Position numbers and translations under genes: made by a program | Origin: Octopus vulgaris | Taxonomy: Eukaryota | NCBI GenBank assembly: GCA_951406725.2 | Contig: OX597816.1 | Span: 74,710,001 to 74,774,000 of the forward strand | Length of the DNA stretch: 64,000 bases | Reading direction: 5' to 3' | Part shown: one piece after another, positions 59,773 through 64,000 of the stretch | Layout of the letters: each line of letters opens with the position of its first letter | Position numbering within the stretch: the first letter of the stretch is position 1 | The notes under the pieces: generated by a model | Database searches by the model: none | The model's input: only the letters and a program-made list of their open reading frames with translations | Told to the model about the DNA's origin: nothing

Positions 59773-60255
59773 GGCGGAGGCTCAATGGCCCAGTTGTTAG
59801 GGCAGCGGACTCGCGGTCGTAAGAACGCGGTTTCGATTCCCAGACCGAGCATTGTGAGTGTTTATTGAGCAAAAACACCTAAGCTCCACGAGGCTCCGGC
59901 GGTGATGGGGGGGGGGACCCCGCTGTACTTTCACCACAACTTTCTCTCACTCTTTCTTCCTACTTCTGCCACAAAGCAGAGGAACCATGGTGTAACCCAC
60001 TATGGTGTCGTAAGCTTTCAGACCCTAGTCTAGATTGCGAATCCTCTGTACCCCAGGATGGTCCAGTTCTCCACCCGTTAAAAGCCACCTTTTACGGAAT
60101 GAGGATAACAAATGTAGCCTTCGCGCCCGTGCAACCGCCAGTCTATTGCGCGTGGTGGGTGGATCTTCAAGTTGCCACACGCATTCTTAGTAGCTTAGAG
60201 TAAGGCTCGAATTAGAGATTATTCTTTGTGGCTAATGGCGTAAGTCCTTGTTGGA
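59773..60255 (+). mobile_element. SINE family B head/core followed by a fourth 3' region ending in (GAA)n
   Basis: Head ggaggctcaatggcccagttgttagggcagcggactcgcgg and core to ~59968, then unrelated sequence ending ggctaatggcgtaagtccttgttg(gaa)n. Confidence 0.7.
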
Positions 60256-61283
60256 AGAAGAAGAAGAAGAAGAAGAAGAAGAAGAAGAAGAAGAAGAAGA
60301 AGAAGAAGAAGAAGAAGAAAATGAGGAGGAGGAGGTGGAGGAGGTGGAGGAGCAGCAGCAGCAGCAGCGTCGTATTCATCATATATATGTATCAGTCAAC
60401 TTTGGAAGCATCTATATCTGATTCTCAGTCGTTTTTCCCTATGGACCCATGGACCCCCTTCATTTATATTTTATTCTATAGGACCCCACTAGCTATTTGA
60501 TTTTTTTTTTAGAAATCCTATTATATATATTATTATAATTAAATATTATTGAGGATTGTATTAAATACTTGTTAAAATAATTGTGTATTGTAGAAGTCAC
60601 TGTGACCGTCACCGTGACCTACCAGGCTATCAGATGTTGCTACACATCGCTGGTCACAATGCGCTTCGCATTGTTTTAGCCTTCAAGTGACGCCGCCCCG
60701 CTGGCTAAGCGAGCAGGCCAACAGAAGAAAGAGTGAGAGAAAGTTGAGGCGAAAGAGTACGGCAGGGTTCACCATCCCATCCCGCCGGAACCAGTTCAAC
60801 TGACAAAGGGACATATTTTACCGTTATAACTATTTATGCCTTATTCACTTATATTTTACATTACATTCTGTAAACTTTAATGTTAATCCTATTTTTAACT
60901 TAATTATCATATATACGTATTTTTATACGCATGCGCGTGTTTGCATATGCGTATGCATTTATCTAAGAACATATGTGTGCATGTCTGTATTTTGATGGTT
61001 ATATACACTAACGCATGTATTATTCTAAATACACGCATTTATATATGTGCGTGTATATATGCGAATACATGTCATGTAAAATTACACGTAAAAACATCGC
61101 ATATATGTAAGCGTATAAAGGACATACGTGCACATTATATATTCGCATACATGTATATGTAGAAATATATAGAAATATACATACAAATGTATATATGAAT
61201 GTATGGGTATTCGTATGTTTTTACACGTGTACATATGTGTATACGCAAATATATATGTGTATGTATATATGTATGTATGTGTG

Positions 61284-61322
<39 letters not shown>

Positions 61323-61357
61323 GTGTATATATAAATGTGTGTCTATCTATCTATCTA

Positions 61358-61406
<49 letters not shown>

Positions 61407-61954
61407 AGAACAATCTTACTTAGAAATGGATGCGTGCGTTCCGTCATATAATATATTAATAAATAAAACATATGCATATATATATACATATATGTACGTA
61501 CCTACCTTTACATGTATATATACACGCATATAAGGGTACAGGACACCAAAAAAAACGCCGAACACAATGAGGAACGAAAACATAAACACGAAAACAAGGA
61601 ACTGGACATTTTTTTAAACAACAAAAAATAGAGTACAGGACAAATAACACAAGCAAAATTCCCCTTCTTCCGTGGCCATGGTTTCATCTACTCTGCATTT
61701 CGAAGGTGAAGGCGATACGCATCTTCGATAGAAACTTTCCTTCCTGCGAAAAGCAAATCAAATAAAATTCGAGATCTTTTTGCAGAGGGGTAAAAATGGT
61801 AACAAAAACAGGACAGTAACGACAGTACAAAATATAAACAGTAAAAGACAGGACAAGGAGAATAACAAGACAAGAAGGGCTGTTAAGCCGAACGGAAAAA
61901 AGTATTTCGAACGCTATTTTTGAGGACAGCGAAGGAGCAAAGAAAATGCCGTCC

Positions 61955-61985
<31 letters not shown>

Positions 61986-63244
61986 CGTATACGAGTATAT
62001 GTGTGTGTATCCATATATATTTGTTTATTTCCTTTACACGTATGTGTGCTTATGTACATATTCCTGTTTTAGGTGCGTATAATATATACATACACACACA
62101 CACATATATGTATGCATGTATGTATACACACTACACACATACACACACACATATATATATATACACAACGCACATACGCTTATGTACACACATATATGCA
62201 TACATATAAGCATGCATACATAGTGCATACATAAGTACGTACATACATATACATATACATACACACACATACATGCATACATACATACATGCATGCATGC
62301 ATGCATGCATGCATACATACATACATACATACATAGATACATACATACATACATACATACATACATACATACATACATACATACATACATACATACATAC
62401 ATACATACATACATTTTCTGTCAGTAATCGTTGTTACAGATTGGTAATATTGATGTGACAGTAGTGTACTGCAACTGGTGTGTCACTTAACCTGTCGTCA
62501 CAGACGTGCAATATGGCGGGGATTTGAGGGCTCTGTGCAATGTTATCCCACTGAATGAAGCTACAAATCGTTAGTCGATTAAGTCGACTTCACTACTTAA
62601 ATCTTACTTTATTTTTATCGATGCTGCATGGATGAGCTTTGACCTCAGCTGGAATTGAATTCAGAAGTTAAAGAGCCGGAACCAATACCGTAAGGCATTT
62701 TGTCTGACGCGTTAACGATCTACCAATTCACCTCCATAAATATAGATATACTGCTGGAAGACAGTTATGATGTATCACGTGACCTAATGTAAAGAACAGA
62801 CGACATATTGTATCATGTTACTAGATGTAAAGAGCAGGCGACCATTTTACCACGTAAATAAATAAATATAAAGAGCAGACGACACGTCTATTATATTTGT
62901 TTCGATGTCATGTTTGTTAAGTCAACTTAATGTAAGTTATTTATTAAAAATATAGTCGTGAGAAATATAAAAAATTAAGATATTTTAATGTTAATCCATT
63001 ATTGACTGACAAGTAGTGACTCCCTAAAACTTGTATAAATATTAGTGTTTGTGTGTGTTTGTGAGTGTATGTGCATGTATATGTGTGTGCGTGTGTGCGC
63101 GCGTGTGTGTAAGTGTGTGTGTTCACTTATATTTATAAATATTTATAAATATTTATGAAAATAGCATCCGCTTAAAATCATGTATAGACAGTTATATTGC
63201 TTCTATTGTAAACTTTTTCGTTGCACTGTATCTTCATCATTTAA

Positions 63245-63275
<31 letters not shown>

Positions 63276-63286
63276 GGCAGACAGGC

Positions 63287-63318
<32 letters not shown>

Positions 63319-63374
63319 GGACGGACGGACGGACGGACGGACGGACGGACGGACGGACAGACAGACAGACAGAC

Positions 63375-63441
<67 letters not shown>

Positions 63442-63794
63442 GAGACAGATCGTCAGGTATGCATGTGCGTAAGTTATCGATGAATAATGGATACATTTGC
63501 AATAATTCACAAGGTACAGCGTGGAACTATGCTTAAAATATTTCCTGGTTGTTCCACTAAATGCTACTCTATCTAGCATATAATTTGATATAAAGTGCGA
63601 ACTAGAATACAGCTAGATTCATTTCTTAGGGTCATATCGAGATGATTAAACAAGACAAATTCCGAATTATATGAAATAACCACAATAGTTTACAGCGGTG
63701 CAGCCTCACAAATTTGTAACGGTGCAGGAGAGTTCAATCCATTGTAACTCTCTCTCTCTCTCACACACACTCTCTCTCCATCTCCCTCTCTCTC

Positions 63795-63880
<86 letters not shown>

Positions 63881-64000
63881 AGAGTTTACGAAAAAAAACA
63901 AAAGGCGAAGACAGGTGGTGTACAAAACAAACAGATGTATTAGTATAACGCTCAGGAATAGAAAAAGTATTTTACGTTTCGAACCTACGCTCTTCTACAG

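Noticed and set aside
62788-62886. Three copies of taaaga.cag.cgac with variable spacers
   Set aside because: Short, degenerate and irregular; consistent with a decayed tandem repeat.

Overview
AT-rich, microsatellite-saturated animal genomic DNA. The SINE and repeat repertoire suggests a coleoid cephalopod, probably Octopus (inference, not a database result). Almost all listed ORFs are microsatellite artefacts. Host-gene content is three small phase-1/phase-1 exons on the minus strand (50065-49967, 44321-44217, 41497-41354). They splice in frame into two unusual 4-Cys LDL-receptor class A modules followed by an EB-like Cys-rich module. The rest is transposon-derived: a near-complete CR1-group LINE ORF2, R4/Dong-like, RTE, Penelope-like and L1/Tx1-like fragments, Tc1/mariner relics (DD34D, DD37D, DD36E-like), MITEs, a probable non-autonomous Helitron, and at least four SINE types that share heads and tails in different combinations. 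The most striking feature is a cluster of non-coding tandem-plus-inverted elements carrying type I hammerhead ribozymes (retrozyme / Penelope pLTR-like) at 26.3-28.5 kb. They sit in (TA)n, both fold back exactly at a small internal hairpin, and one has a compensatory U3-A8 core. All analysis was by eye; repeat boundaries are approximate.
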